From the NCBI GenBank assembly GCA_964016885.1, contig OZ024741.1, positions 218,860,001 to 218,924,000 on the forward strand: a DNA stretch of 64,000 nt, written 5' to 3'. A program made the translations under genes and the position numbers. The notes under the pieces were generated by a model. The model had not been told where the DNA came from, did no database searches, and saw only the letters and a list, made by a program, of their open reading frames with translations. Every line of letters begins with the position of its first letter. The first letter of the stretch is position 1. The stretch is from Eledone cirrhosa. Taxonomy: Eukaryota. Shown in pieces: positions 26,354-39,832 of the stretch.

Positions 26354-27958
26354 ATGGCTGGGCCTTCGGAAATAGTTGCTGAGATGCTGAAGGCATCTGG
26401 CACGGTGGGACACACCATGGTCACCCGCATAGTTAACCAAGTCGTACAGAATGGGGTTGTTCCGAAGGACTGGCATAGCAGCATCATCGTTAACTGTTAT
26501 AAGGGTAAAGGAGACGCCCTAGATAGGAGTAACTATAGAGGCATTAAATTAATCGACCAGGTCATGAAGGTCACGGAAAGAGTAATAGCGCAACTAATCA
26601 GAGAGAGAATTGACCTAGATGAAATGCAGTTCGGGTTTGTGTCAGGCAAAAGTACCACAGACGCTCTTTTCATAGTACGACAACTACAGGAGAAGTACCT
26701 AGCTAAAGGTAAACCCCTCTACTTAGCTTTTGTCGACTTGGAGAAAGCCTTCGACAGAGTCCCCCGCTCCATTATCTGGTGGGCTCTTAGAAAACTAGGC
26801 GTTGACGAATGGCTTGTGAGGGCTATACAAGCCATGTATAAAGAAACAGTCAGCAAGGTTAGAATTAACAACGAATATAGTGAAGAGTTTAGCGTAAAAG
26901 TTGGCGTCCATCAGGGCTCTGTTCTCAGTCCACTACTATTTATTATTGCCCTTCAGGCTATAACAGAGGAGTTCAAGACAGGCTGCCCATGGGAACTCCT
27001 ATACGCAGACGACCTGACACTCATAGCGGAATCAATGGCCGAGCTAGAGAAGAAATTCCAAACATGGAAGCACGGCCTAGAGTCAAAAGGACTTAAAATT
27101 AACCTGGCTAAGACCAAAGTACTAGTTTGTAGGAAAGAAAACAAGGCGGCGGTCCCTTCTGGGAAATGGTCGTGCTCGGTGTGTAGGAAAGGCGTAGGTA
27201 GAAACTCCATTTTATGTCCTAAATGCAAAGTATGGGTGCATAAAAGATGTAGTGGGATCACAGGTAAGCTAACTAAGAACATAGATTTTACATGTGGCCG
27301 GTGCTCTGGTGCAATAAGTAGCAGCAAGTGCCCACAAACTACTAGCTCTTTCAATTGCGCAGAGGGTTCTATAGAAATAGTGGACAGCTTCCGTTACCTG
27401 GGCGATAAAATCAGCAGTGGGGGAGGGTGCTCTGAAAGTACTGTAGCTAGAGTCAGAACTGGTTGGAAAAAGTTCAGAGAGCTTATACCACTATTAGCTG
27501 CTAAAGGGTTCTCACTAAAAATGAAAGGCAGGTTGTACGATGCCAGCATACGAACAGCAATGCTGCATGGCAGTGAGACCTGGGCATTGTGTGCAGAGGA
27601 TATACGCAGACTAGAGAGGAACGAAGCTTGCATGCTCCGCTGGATGTGTAACAGTAATATACGTGAACGGCAAAGCATAAACGAACTAAGGAAAAAATTA
27701 GAGATAAGAGGGATCAGATGTTGTTTACTCGAGAGAAGGCTACGTTGGTATGGACACGTGATGCGCATGAAAGTCGATAGCTGTATAACAAAGTGCAGGG
27801 CAATAAAGATAGACGGTAGTCACGGAATAGGCAGACCTAGAAAAACCTGGGACGAGCTGATAAACTCCGACATCACACACTTACACCTCTCCAAGACAAT
27901 GTCACTGGACCGAGACCTTTGGCGGTACTCAGTAACAGAGAAGACCCGCCTTACCTAA
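26354..27958 (+). CDS. RTE-clade LINE reverse transcriptase, 5'-truncated open frame of 534 aa
   Basis: NYRGIKL, QFGF, AFVDLEKAFDRV, GVHQGSVLSPLLF, LLYADDL, a C4HC3 PHD-like insert, FRYLG, RLRWYGHV. The 3'UTR runs to a (GAT)n tail at ~28360, and the 5' end abuts (TA)n, so the ATG is not the native start. Confidence 0.95.
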   Translation: MAGPSEIVAEMLKASGTVGHTMVTRIVNQVVQNGVVPKDWHSSIIVNCYKGKGDALDRSNYRGIKLIDQVMKVTERVIAQLIRERIDLDEMQFGFVSGKSTTDALFIVRQLQEKYLAKGKPLYLAFVDLEKAFDRVPRSIIWWALRKLGVDEWLVRAIQAMYKETVSKVRINNEYSEEFSVKVGVHQGSVLSPLLFIIALQAITEEFKTGCPWELLYADDLTLIAESMAELEKKFQTWKHGLESKGLKINLAKTKVLVCRKENKAAVPSGKWSCSVCRKGVGRNSILCPKCKVWVHKRCSGITGKLTKNIDFTCGRCSGAISSSKCPQTTSSFNCAEGSIEIVDSFRYLGDKISSGGGCSESTVARVRTGWKKFRELIPLLAAKGFSLKMKGRLYDASIRTAMLHGSETWALCAEDIRRLERNEACMLRWMCNSNIRERQSINELRKKLEIRGIRCCLLERRLRWYGHVMRMKVDSCITKCRAIKIDGSHGIGRPRKTWDELINSDITHLHLSKTMSLDRDLWRYSVTEKTRLT

Positions 27959-28358
27959 ATATATAGTAAAACCTACTCCAGCCAGTAGGCATCTCTAACA
28001 AAATACACCCCGTCCCACCACCACCATCCCCACCCGATCCACACCACCCCGTTCTATGTAAAGTTATGTTGGTGCCGCGCCATCGAGGCCGAAACAAATG
28101 AGATCGTGTAGGTGTCACGACAAAAAAACACACAGTCCACGCTGTAATGTGGCCGTGTAGGCAACACGGTAAAAACCTCCCAGACCCACACTGTAAATGT
28201 GGTTGGTGTTAGGAAGGGCATCCAACTGTAGAAAACCTGCCAGACAGTCCTATGCGAGCAAGACAATCACTCTTGCCTCAAGTGGGACTACCCCCGTCCA
28301 AACCCATGCAAGCGTGGAACACGGACGTTAAACGTTGATGATGATGATGATGATGATG

Positions 28359-28393
<35 letters not shown>

Positions 28394-28729
28394 CACAAAC
28401 ACATACATGTGTGTGTGGTGTATATTTATGTGTGTTAGTATATTTAGGAAACAGTCTACCATTGCTCGAATAAATTCAAGTAAAGAGTCAAGATTTTCAC
28501 CCTAAACTTTCCAAATTTCTCAAAGTTATCTTCCCTTGCCCTAGAGAGTTGCTAATAATTAATGTTAGGTTTTGTTTTCTTTCTGCAACTAAGGAGCAAA
28601 TGTCAATCTATTTAGTACATCACCTCTCAACTTGTCATGGGTTATTTGAGTTATTTCCCTTGACCTATTTTATAGTTTTAACCATACATACATACATACA
28701 CCTGAGGGTATATACAAATGTGTGTTTGT

Positions 28730-30130
28730 AGGTATGAGTGTATGTATATGTATGAGTGTGTGCATGTGTATGTATGAGTGTGTGCATGTGTATGTATGTC
28801 TGAATATGTGTATAAGTGTATGTATATGTATGAGTGTGTGCATGTGTATGTATGTCTGTATATGTGAGTATATGTGTGTATAAGTGTATGTATATGTACA
28901 AGTGTGTGCATGTGTATGTATGTCTGTATATGTGTGTATAAGTGTATGTATATGTATGAGTGTGTGCATGTGTATGTATGTCTGTATATGTGTGTATAAG
29001 TGTATGTATATGTATGAGTGTGTGCATGTGTATGTATGTCTGAATATGTGTGTATAAGTGTATGTATATGTATGAGTGTGTGCATGTGTATGTATGTCTG
29101 TATATGTGTGTATAAGTGTATTATATGTATGAGTGTGTGCATGTGTATGTATGTCTGAATATGTGTGTATAAGTGCATGTATATGTATGAGTGTGTGCAT
29201 GTGTATGTATGTCTGTATATGTGTGTATAAGTGTATGTATATGTATGAGTGTGTGCATGTGTATGTATGTCTGTATATGTGTGTATAAGTGTATGTATGA
29301 GTGTGTGTATGTGTATGTATGTCTGAATGTGTGTGTATAAGTGTATGTATATGTACGAGTGTGTGCATGTGTATGTATGTCTGTATATGTGTGTATAAGT
29401 GTATGTATATGTATGAGTGTGTGCATGTGTATGTATGTCTGTATATGTGTGTATAAGTGTATGTATATGTATGAGTGTGTGTATGTGTATGTATGTTTGT
29501 ATATGTGTGTATAAGTGTATGTATATGTATGAGTGTGTGCATGTGTATGTATGTTTGTATATGTGTGTATAAGTGTATGTATATGTATGAGTGTGTGTAT
29601 GTATATGTATGTTTGTATATGCGTGTATAAGTGTATGTATATGTATGAGTGTGTGTATGTGTATGTATGTTTGTATATGTGTGTATAAGTGTATGTATAT
29701 GTATGAGTGTGTGTATGTGTATGTATGTTTGTATATGTGTGTATAAGTGTATGTATATGTATGAGTGTGTGTATGTGTATGTATGTTTGTATATGTGTGT
29801 ATAAGTGTATGTATATGTATGAGTGTGTGTATGTGTATGTATGTTTGTATATGTGTGTATAAGTGTATGTATATGTATGAGTGTGTGTATGTGTATGTAT
29901 GTCTGAATATGTGTGTATAAGTGTATGTATATGTATGAGTGTGTGTATGTGTATGTATGTCTGAATATGTGTGTATAAGTGTATGTATATGTATGAGTGT
30001 GTGTATGTGTATGTATGTCTGAATATGTGTGTATAAGTGTATGTATATGTATGAGTGTGTGTATGTGTATGTATGTCTGAATATGTGTGTATAAGTGTAT
30101 GTATGTGCATGTGTATGAGTATGTATGTAT
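28730..30130. repeat. 58-bp higher-order satellite of TG/TATG motifs
   Basis: Unit TGTATGTATATGTATGAGTGTGTGCATGTGTATGTATGTCTGTATATGTGTGTATAAG. Confidence 0.9.
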
Positions 30131-31073
30131 ATGTATGAGCGTGTATGTGTATGTATATATGTATGTGCATATGTCAGTATGTGTGTGTATATATATGTGT
30201 GCATGTATATGTATGCTTATATGCTTGTGTGTGTGAAGCAATGACACACATATACACACACATACATGCACATACAAACGCATACATATATACGCACACA
30301 TATACACACACATACATGTACATACAAACACATGCATATATACGCACACCTATGTACACAGACACATATATGCACATACAAATACATACATGTATGCTCA
30401 TACATACAAATACATACATATATACATGCACTTCTACACACATACACGCACCCATAATTACAATCCTAGTCCTTAGCAACACACAGCATACACATACAAC
30501 TACAGTCACACATACACACATACAACTACAGTCACAATCACACATACACACATAATTACAATGAGCTGACAACCACCACCGTCACCAACACCAACACCAC
30601 TAACTCCACCACCACCACCAGCAACAACAACACCACCAACACCACCACAACACAAACAACAGCACCACCAACAACAACAGCAGCAGTAGCACCACCACCA
30701 CCAACAACAACACTGCCACCAACAAACACACCAAAACAACTTCACGACCACCACCATCAACAACAATAACACTGCCACCACTATCACCACCAACACCACC
30801 AGCAACACTGCCACTACCAGCACCACCAACAACACCACCACCACCACCATCACCACCACCAACAACAACAACACTGCCACCAACAACACCACCAACAACA
30901 CCACCACCACCACCAACAGCAACACTGCCACTACCACCACCACCACCAACAACTACCACACCATTACCATCACCAACAACAACCACCACACCACCACAAC
31001 AACACCACCAACACCAACAACAACCAACAACAACCACCACAACAACCACCACCACCAACAACAAAAACTACCA

Positions 31074-31104
<31 letters not shown>

Positions 31105-31304
31105 GAATGGATCATATTTTAAGTCAAAGTAAAATTAACGTAAACATTTTGAGAATTTTAAAGAATGTTTGAAGAATTTGTCAGTCTAAAACTTAACATA
31201 TATTGGCATTTACACATTATCTTGTGGTTCTTGCTAGACTGACTATATTTATGACTTTCACACACGCACACACATACATATATATATAAATACATATACA
31301 CACA

Positions 31305-31399
31305 CACTGGGTGTCCCCCCCCCCCCCCAAAAAAAAATGTCTACATACTTCAACAGAAAGGTAATCAAATCAAAGTGTGGATACATTTTGGGAGACACC

Positions 31400-31404
<5 letters not shown>
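31305..31404. mobile_element. Tiny Tc1/mariner-like MITE
   Basis: Imperfect TIRs CTGGGTGTCCC..AAAATGTCTACATACTT and AAGTGTGGATACATTTTGGGAGACACCCTG in a TA/CA context. Confidence 0.5.
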
Positions 31405-31427
<23 letters not shown>

Positions 31428-31430
<3 letters not shown>

Positions 31431-31620
31431 GGAACGAGTAGGACCCCGACGGCTGAGCTCAAGCCGTTTCGACGGCTAATTCTGGACAGAATTAGCCGTC
31501 GAAACGGCTTGAGCTCAGCCGTCGGGGTCCTACTCGTTCCTATTACCCACTCTACTACCCTAAGTATTGAGTACTTTGGTGCGTTATGGTCCACCTGGTT
31601 CCTTACCACATTTCCTTCGT

Positions 31621-31622
<2 letters not shown>
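31428..31622 (+). mobile_element. Fold-back PLE/HHR-derived mini-element (family A), perfect ~55-bp stem
   Basis: TAGGAACGAGTAGGACCCCGACGGCTGAGCTCAAGCCGTTTCGACGGCTAATTCT-GGAC-reverse complement, then a ~77-nt tail; (TA)n on both sides. Confidence 0.85.
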
Positions 31623-31652
<30 letters not shown>

Positions 31653-31761
31653 TATATATATATTTTCTATACTTTTCATTTATATATATATATATATATA
31701 TATGAAAGTTCTTTGGAAAGTATAAACATGCACACACATGCTTGAATATATATACATACAT

Positions 31762-31830
<69 letters not shown>

Positions 31831-33316
31831 CATGTATATATGTATGCATACATATATACATGCAAATCCACATACACCTCCACACACACACACATAAGAG
31901 ATAGATAGATAGAGTAAGAGAGAGAGAGGGTGTGTTGCTAGGCTTATGAAGTAGGAACTGTATATATATTGTAGTAGTAATTTGACATAGACTTGTGTTG
32001 AGGAGACATTGGGGGGGGGGTATGGTATGTGTGGGAGAGAGACATAGGGCCAACAGAGAGAGAGTGAGAGACACAGGGCAGAAGGATAGAGTGAGAGAGA
32101 GAGACAGGGCAGAGAGATAGAGATAGAGTGTGTGAGAGAGAGAGAGAGGGCAGAGAGAGTGAGAGAGAGAGAGAGAGATTGGAAGAAATGTAGAGAGAGA
32201 GAGAGATGGGACATAAACAACGACAGAAAGAGAGGGAGCAGGAAAGAAAGAGAAGGAACAGGAGAGAAGAGAGAGGGAGCAGGAGAGAAGAGAGAGGAGA
32301 AAAGAGAGACGGGGCAAAGAGACGAAGAGAAGAGAGAGAAGTGACACAAAGAGAGACAGGGCAAAGAGAAAATCAGAGACAAAGAGAGTCAAAGAGTAAC
32401 AGGGCAAAGAGAGAGACAGGGCAAAGAGAGTGACAGGATAAAGAGAGTGACAGGGCAAAGAGAGTGACAGGGCAAAGAGAGTTACAGGGCAAAGAGAGAG
32501 AGAGAGAGAGTCAAAGAGGGACAGGCAAATAGAGACAGGGAGAGAGAGAGTCTAAAGAGACAGGGCAAAGGAAGAGAAAGAGTCAAAGAGAGACAGGGCA
32601 AAGAGAGAGGGAGAGAGAGAGAGTACAAGAGGGACAGGGCAAAGAGAGAGGGAGAGAGAGAGTCCAAGAGAGACAGGGCAAAGAGAAAGGGAGAGAGAGA
32701 GTCCAAGAGGGACAAGGCAAAGAGAGAGAGAGTGAGAGTCCAAGCAGAACAGGGCAAAGAGAGAGAGAGAGAGTCCAAGAGGGACAAGGAAAAGAGGGAG
32801 GGAGAGAGAGAGTCCAAGAGAGACAGGGCAAAGGGAGAGAGAGAGAGAGAGAGAGTCAAAGAGAGACAGAGCGGAGAGAGAGAGAGGAATTGTGTTGAAA
32901 TGAAAACCATGAGAACTATTTTCAAATAGGAATAAAATCCCCAAAAGATGAAACAGACAGACAGACAGAGAGAACGACAGGCAGACAGGCAGACAGACAG
33001 AGAGACAGAGAGAACGACAGGCAGACAGGCAGACAGACAGAGAGACAGAGAGAACGACAGACAGACAGGCAGACAGGGAGAACGACAGGCAGACAGAGAG
33101 ACAGAGAGAACGACAGACAGACAGGCAGACAGAACGACAGACAGACAGGTAGACAGACAGAGAGAACGACAGGTTCTTTTTTTTAACAAATTCTTTGAAG
33201 CGAAGACACGGTATATATTTTTTAGCAACGTCTTGGAAACAGAGAGGGAGAGGGGAGATAGGGGAGAAGAAAAGAGAAAGAGGGAAGAGAGTGGAGAGAA
33301 AGAGAGGGGGGAGAAA

Positions 33317-33358
<42 letters not shown>

Positions 33359-33948
33359 GAGCGAGCGAAAAGAGAGAGAGAGAGCGAAGAGAGCGAAAAG
33401 AGAGAGAGAGAGCGAAGAGAGTGGAGAGAAAGAGAGGGGGGAGGGAGACGATTTTTTTTTAAAAACAATATTTTGGAAACATAAAGACAAGATAATTTTT
33501 TTTTTTTTCAGCAAATTCTTGGAAATAGAATTTATATATATTAGCAAATCTGAAGAATTAATAGAATTCCTGCCAAGAATTGGAAAAGAAAAACAGTTTC
33601 TATGATGCTTGTGTAGAAATATGAAATCAAAATGAAGTATCTAAGAGTTGAAGTAGGTGTGTAGTTTGTGGTGACAGAATCTCTTGGAAGTATAGAAGTA
33701 TATATTGGGATATAGTGGTGCGTATATAATGGTGCGTATATAGTGGAATAGTTAGTACATGTTATATATAGCTACATATAGAAGAATGGTCAATATATTT
33801 GGGATTATATGTGTACATATATACATAAATATATGCATATGTGCGCATATGCATATATATATATATATATATATATACATGCATACATGCATGTGCACAT
33901 ATATGCATAGATACATATTTTTCAATTTTCAACGGAAACTTCAATACT

Positions 33949-33985
<37 letters not shown>

Positions 33986-34043
33986 AAATATGTGTATATA
34001 TGTGTAAATATATTGTTTTTATATATATATATATGTATATATG

Positions 34044-34074
<31 letters not shown>

Positions 34075-34144
34075 ATGTATATTTGTACATATGCATATGT
34101 GTAAATGTATATAAATATAGTACTGTATATATGTGAATGTTTAC

Positions 34145-34162
34145 CTCTAGTATAGTAGCCAT
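34145..34162 (-). CDS. Candidate first coding mini-exon (MATILE) of an unidentified host gene
   Basis: Minus strand ...GGATCAAGC ATG GCT ACT ATA CTA GAG|GTAAAC: good Kozak context, phase-0 GT donor, and a non-repetitive CpG-containing leader (34163-34270). No downstream exon was found. Confidence 0.3.
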
Positions 34163-36455
34163 GCTTGATCCGATGAAGACTTCTATGTAAAGTCAGGAAA
34201 GGCAAGAATTAAACTGAAGAGACGAGGCTCTTGGTTAACAAAATCCAGGCAGCGCGCGCGGACCTCAATCACACTCTCACTCTGTCTTACACTCTCTCTA
34301 TATCTGCCACTATGTCTCACTAGTTCTCTTTCTCTTTCTCACGCACGCACTCTCTCTCTATGTCGCGATAGGATTGCGTGTTTCTATGCTTGTGTATGTG
34401 TGTGACTCTGTGTGTGTGTGTGTACGTGTGTGACTGTCTGTACGTGACACATTGTGTCTGTATATATGTGTGTGTGTACGTGTGTGACTGTGTGTACGTG
34501 ACACATTGTGTCTGTATATGTGTGTGGGTGGGTGTGTGTGTGTGAGTGCGTGTGTTTATGGGTAGCAGTGGGAGGTTTTGTGTGACTTTATTAAAGGAGG
34601 GAAAGTAGAAGGGCGTGTGTGTATGTATGTGTATGTGTGTGCATTTCGTGTGTGTCTGTATGTGTTTGTGTGTGTATGTATGTATGCGTGTATCTATTTA
34701 TATATATGTATATATAACGGTAAGAGGATGATCGTGTTTTTAATTTGTATATACATGTAAGTGCGTGCAATTATATATATATATATATTTGTGTGTGTGT
34801 GCGTGTGTGTGTGTGTGTGTGCGCGTGTGTATGTGTATATGTGTGTGCGTGTATGTGTGTATGTGTGTGTGTGCACGTCTTTGTGGCAGGAAGAGAATGT
34901 TGTGGGGGCCGTTTTGTATGTGTGGGGGAGGGGAAGGTCTTGTGAAAGGAAATGTGCGTGTTCGCTTTTCGTGTGTGTGTATGTTATGTGTATATATGTG
35001 AGTGCGTGCGCGTTTTCGGTGTATGTGTGCGCGCATGTATTTCATGCTGATGTATGTGTGTGCTTGCGTGTTTCGTGTGTATGTATGTATATGTGTATGT
35101 GCGCGCGCGTTTCCTGTGTATGTATGTGTGCGCGCGTTTCGTGTTTAAGTGTTTATACTTGTGTGTGTGTGCATTTTATGTGTGTATAATTGAACCTTTC
35201 GTGTCTATATGTGTATGTGTTTCTTATTGGTATATGTGTGTGTGTGTTTCTTATTGGTATGAGAGTGCATCAATTTGTAAAAAGAGAGAGGGATTCGTTG
35301 GATTTTGTGTGTTTGTGTATATATGTATGGAAGAGAGAGATTATGCAAAAACATGTGTGTATATGTATATGATTGTGAGCGCGTGAGTGTATGTGTGTTT
35401 TTGAGAGCGCATGTGAATGTGTATGTTTTTGTAAGCGTGTATGTTTTGGTGTGTATGTGTGTTTTTGAGAGCGTGTATATATTTTGGTGCGTATATGTAT
35501 GTTTATATTAGCTTGTGCATATTTTGGTGTGAATATATGTTTTTGTGAGCGTGTATATATCTTAGTGTGTATATGTATGTTTATTTTAGCATGTGTATGT
35601 TTTGGTGTGTAGGTGTGTTGCAGTGAGAGTGTGTGTATGTTTTCGTGTGTATATTTATGTTTTGAGAGTGTGTGTATGTTTTGGTGCGTTTTCCAGTGTA
35701 TATGTATGTTTTGGTGTGTTGTAGTGAGCGGGTGTGTATGTTTTGAGAGTGTGTCTATGTTTTGGTGTGTAGGTGTGTTTTAGTGAACGCGTGTATATGT
35801 TTAGGTGTGTTTTCGAGTGTATGGTGTATGTTTTGGTGTGTTGTAGTGAGCGTGTGTGTATGTTTTGAGAGTGTGTCTATGTTTAGGTGTGTAGGTGTGT
35901 TTTAGTGAACGCGTGTATATGTTTAGGTGTGTTTTCGAGTGTATGTGTATGTTTTGGTGTGTTGTAGTGAGCGGGTGTGTATGTTTTGAGAGTGTGTCTA
36001 TGTTTAGGTGTGTTTTCGAGTGTATGTGTATGTTTTTGTGTGTACGTGTAGTGTAAGCTGATTAATGTGTTAGTGGTGGTGGCGGTGGGGATGGATTGGG
36101 GGGGGGGTAAGAAGCTATGGTACAATAATAACGATATTAATAATTGTTTCTATTTTTGGCACAAGGCCAGCAATTACCCAATACATTACTGTTAATAATA
36201 ATAATGTGAAATTTTCTTTTTAACTCAACCTACGTGAAGACCTGAGGTTGCGTGCGCGCCGACGTGTGTGTAGATGTAAAGGCAGAGTTAGCCTTTATGT
36301 ATATATATGTATATATATCAGTATGTGTGAACGAATATGTACGTGTGGATGTATGTATGTGTGTGTGTATGCATGGGGGTGGGAGTAATTAAATATGTAT
36401 GTCAGTTCAACGGAGGTGTGTGTGTGAACTACACAACAGAACTATGTATATGTGA

Positions 36456-36502
<47 letters not shown>

Positions 36503-37546
36503 ACAGAGAGAGAGAGTGTGTGTGTATGCGTGTGCGTGTGTGTACGTCTTTGTGTGATTATAGAATCTATATATCTATGTACTACGTATGTGTGTTTGCG
36601 TGCTTGTGTGTGTGTTTGTATGCGTTAATGCGTGAGTATGTGAGTCTATATGTATGAATGTGTGTGTGATTGTGTGTATGATTGTGTGATTGTGTGAGTG
36701 TGTGTGTGTTTGTATGTGTTAGTGTGTGTGTTTAGACAGGAAACAATGAGAAATATTACAATGACGAGCAAGAAAGGTTAATGTGAATGTATGTATGTAT
36801 GTATGTATGTATGTATGTGTGTGAGTGTGTATGTATGCATGCATGTATGTGTGTGTGTGTATGTATGTATGTATGTATGTATGTATGTATGTATGTATGT
36901 ATGTATGTATGTGTGTATGTATGCATGTATGTGTGTATGTATGTATGTATGTGTGTATGTATGTATGTATTATGTGTGTGTATGTATGTATGTATGTATG
37001 TATGTGTATGTATGCATGTATGTATGTGTGTTATGTATCTATGTATGTATGTATTATGTGTGTGTATGTATGTATGTATGTGTGTGTGTGTATGTATGCA
37101 TGTATGTATGTATGTATGTATGTATGTGTGTGTATGTATGTATGTATGTATGTATTATGTGTGTGTATGTGTGTGTGTATGTATGTGTGTGTGTATGTAT
37201 GTGTGTATGTGTATATATATATATGTATGTGTATATGTCTATGTGTGTGTATAGTGCATCATTATCACCAATAGCATCATCATCATCACGTCGTCACCAC
37301 CTCCCCCACCATCACAACCCCCCCCCCCCATCACTCCCCCCCCACACACACATACCATCACCATCACCACCATCATCGCGACCACCACCACCACCATCAA
37401 CATCATGTCGTATCTTTATTTCGGATAAAGAAATATTGATGACGTTGTGCGTATGTGTGTGTACACTCACACACTCATATATATATATATATACACACAA
37501 TATATTATATATTAATAAATGGAAACTATATATATAAAACCATATT

Positions 37547-37612
37547 TATTTTATTATATATATTTCAAGGGCAACCAAGGCAAATTATGGTGCGCTTTCA
37601 TCAGATAAAATA
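37547..37612 (-). ncRNA. Type I hammerhead motif (same family as 53900-53960)
   Basis: TATTTTAT-CTGATGA...CCCTT-GAAATATATATA-ATAAAATA. Confidence 0.65.
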
Positions 37613-37912
37613 CAGATTTGTTTTATAAATAAATATTGACATACCCGGAAAAAAAGACAACCTTAACGGTTGGAGCTTCCTGGATAGTTTTCATTTATTA
37701 ATATATAATTGTTTCTACTTTAGGCACAAGGCCAGCAAATTACCCAGTACATTACTGGTACTTTATTTTATCGACCCCGTAAGGATGAAAGGCAAAGTTA
37801 ACTATATTTATTAATATATAATATATTGTATATTTACTCCACAATACTGTTGAGTGCTTTATATCAGTTATAAAAAATTTTAAATTAAATATAACCTCTG
37901 CATATATATATA

Positions 37913-37944
<32 letters not shown>

Positions 37945-38277
37945 TGCGTGTGCGTGTGTGCGTGTGTGAGTTTATAATTCTAACGGAGGTATACAATATA
38001 TATATATATATACATATATATACATATATATACACACATATATATACACACATATATATATATATATATGTGGGATAGGGGGTGAGCGCACATTTTAGAG
38101 AATGCTCTTTGACTGCTAGACTACGTGTGACTACCTATGTGTGTATGTGTGTGTGTGTGGGTGAGTGAGTGTGTAAGTTTGTTTTTGTGTAGGTATATCT
38201 TTTGTGACTATAAAATTACATACTCCACATGATTGTATGACTGTGTGTGTATCTGTGTGTGTATGTGGTCCTATACT

Positions 38278-38337
<60 letters not shown>

Positions 38338-38340
<3 letters not shown>

Positions 38341-39598
38341 CTTGTGCATGCAGTTCGGGCAGTGTTCAGAGAGTTTGTTCAGTAGCGGGCCCTTGGCGAA
38401 TAAAATTTCGTAGCTCTCTGAAATACAAAGGTCGCAGCCCTTGTGTCCTCCGTCGTAAGAGCGCGCTTTCTGGAGTATTTTCCAATTAAGCGTGAAGGGG
38501 GTGGAGTTCCTTTTGAGGTCCCAAACGTAGGAGGCGAGTGTTGTTTGGTTTGATTTATCCGGTCTTCTGAAGGAGTGGGTATGGGCATACCAGCGGGTCT
38601 TAAAGGTGTTGGAGGTCATGCCGATGTAAGTTTTTTTGCAATCCTCGGTGCCCGAGATGACATCGCATTTGTATACGATGTCGTTTGTGAGGCATTTGTT
38701 TTCTAGTGGGCATGTTTCCTTATTTAGGCAATTACATATAGCCCCAGTCCGGGGATTGGTTTCGGAGGTGGTTGGCTTATTTAGTTTAGAGTTGTGGTTG
38801 GCTATATTCCTAGCTAGGTTAGGTGTGGTGGAGTAAGACAGTCTTATAGTGTTCTTATTAAAGATGGTGTAGTACCTATGTTGTATGGGGAAGTGTAATT
38901 TCAGTAAAGTGAAGAAAATCCTAGCTATCGGAGTAGATACCTCTCTATTGAAGGGAGGGTTGTACCAGCTAATCTGCCTATGTCTATTCCTCCTCTGCAA
39001 TTTTGCGGTGGTTTCTAGGTAAGTTATCTTATCTTTAAATCCGCTACGGGCTAGGGCGTCATTGTAGTAGGAGGCAGATGCATTAAAAATATCTTTGTTG
39101 GCGGAGAGGCCAGATATTCTAATAGAGACGCTTTTTACTAGGTTATCAGTAATGTTTTGGGGGTGGTTTGAATTAACATTAATATATTTAAGGGACTCGT
39201 TAGGTTTGTGGTACGGGTAATAGAGGGAAGTATCTAGGTCGAGAGTGACGTCTAAGAAGTTGGCCCTAGTCAAATTAGAATCTATAGTTATACTAAATCC
39301 TAGATTAGAGAAGAAAGAGCTTAAGTTTTTCCGAAACCCATCGGTGGTTCTGGGGCTAACCTTATGCAGGGCGAAGAGGCCGTCGTCTCGGTATAAACCT
39401 CCAGTAAGGCCGGTAAAGAGGTTCTTCAGGTTATGTAGGATGTACAGGCCCACAAGGTCGCTAATTTCAGCCGAGTCACTCGCCCCCATGCTAACGTCAA
39501 ATGGGGTCTGAGATTTCTTGTTGATCCAGTAAGATCCATCGTGGTATAGAAAGGTCTTACGAGCGTGGAGGATAATAACTTGCTCGGCATCGGTAATG

Positions 39599-39600
<2 letters not shown>
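38338..39600 (-). CDS. Penelope-like RT plus GIY-YIG endonuclease, open frame of ~420 aa truncated at both ends by (TA)n
   Basis: FDVSMGASDSAEISDLVG, GGLYRDDGL, NFLDVTLDL, SNHP, WYNPPF, CNCLNKETCPL, IVYKC...TYIGMTSNTFKTRW, CDLCISE, LLNK. Confidence 0.93.
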
Positions 39601-39669
<69 letters not shown>

Positions 39670-39672
<3 letters not shown>

Positions 39673-39832
39673 CGGAGGGAATGTGGTAAGGAACCAGGTG
39701 GACCATAACGCACCAAAGTACTCAATACTTAGGGTAGTAGAGTGGGTAATAGGAACGAGTAGGACCCCGACGGCTGAGCTCAAGCCGTCGAAACGGCTTG
39801 AGCTCAGCCGTCGGGGTCCTACTCGTTCCTAT
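39670..39832 (-). mobile_element. Fold-back mini-element (family A), opposite orientation
   Basis: Tail near-identical to 31545-31620 in reverse; the palindrome pivots at CAAGCCGTCGAAACGGCTTG. Confidence 0.85.

Noticed and set aside
27165-27305. PHD-like finger as a captured host domain
   Set aside because: To my knowledge this Cys-rich insert after the YADD region is a recurring feature of some RTE-clade RTs, not a new capture.
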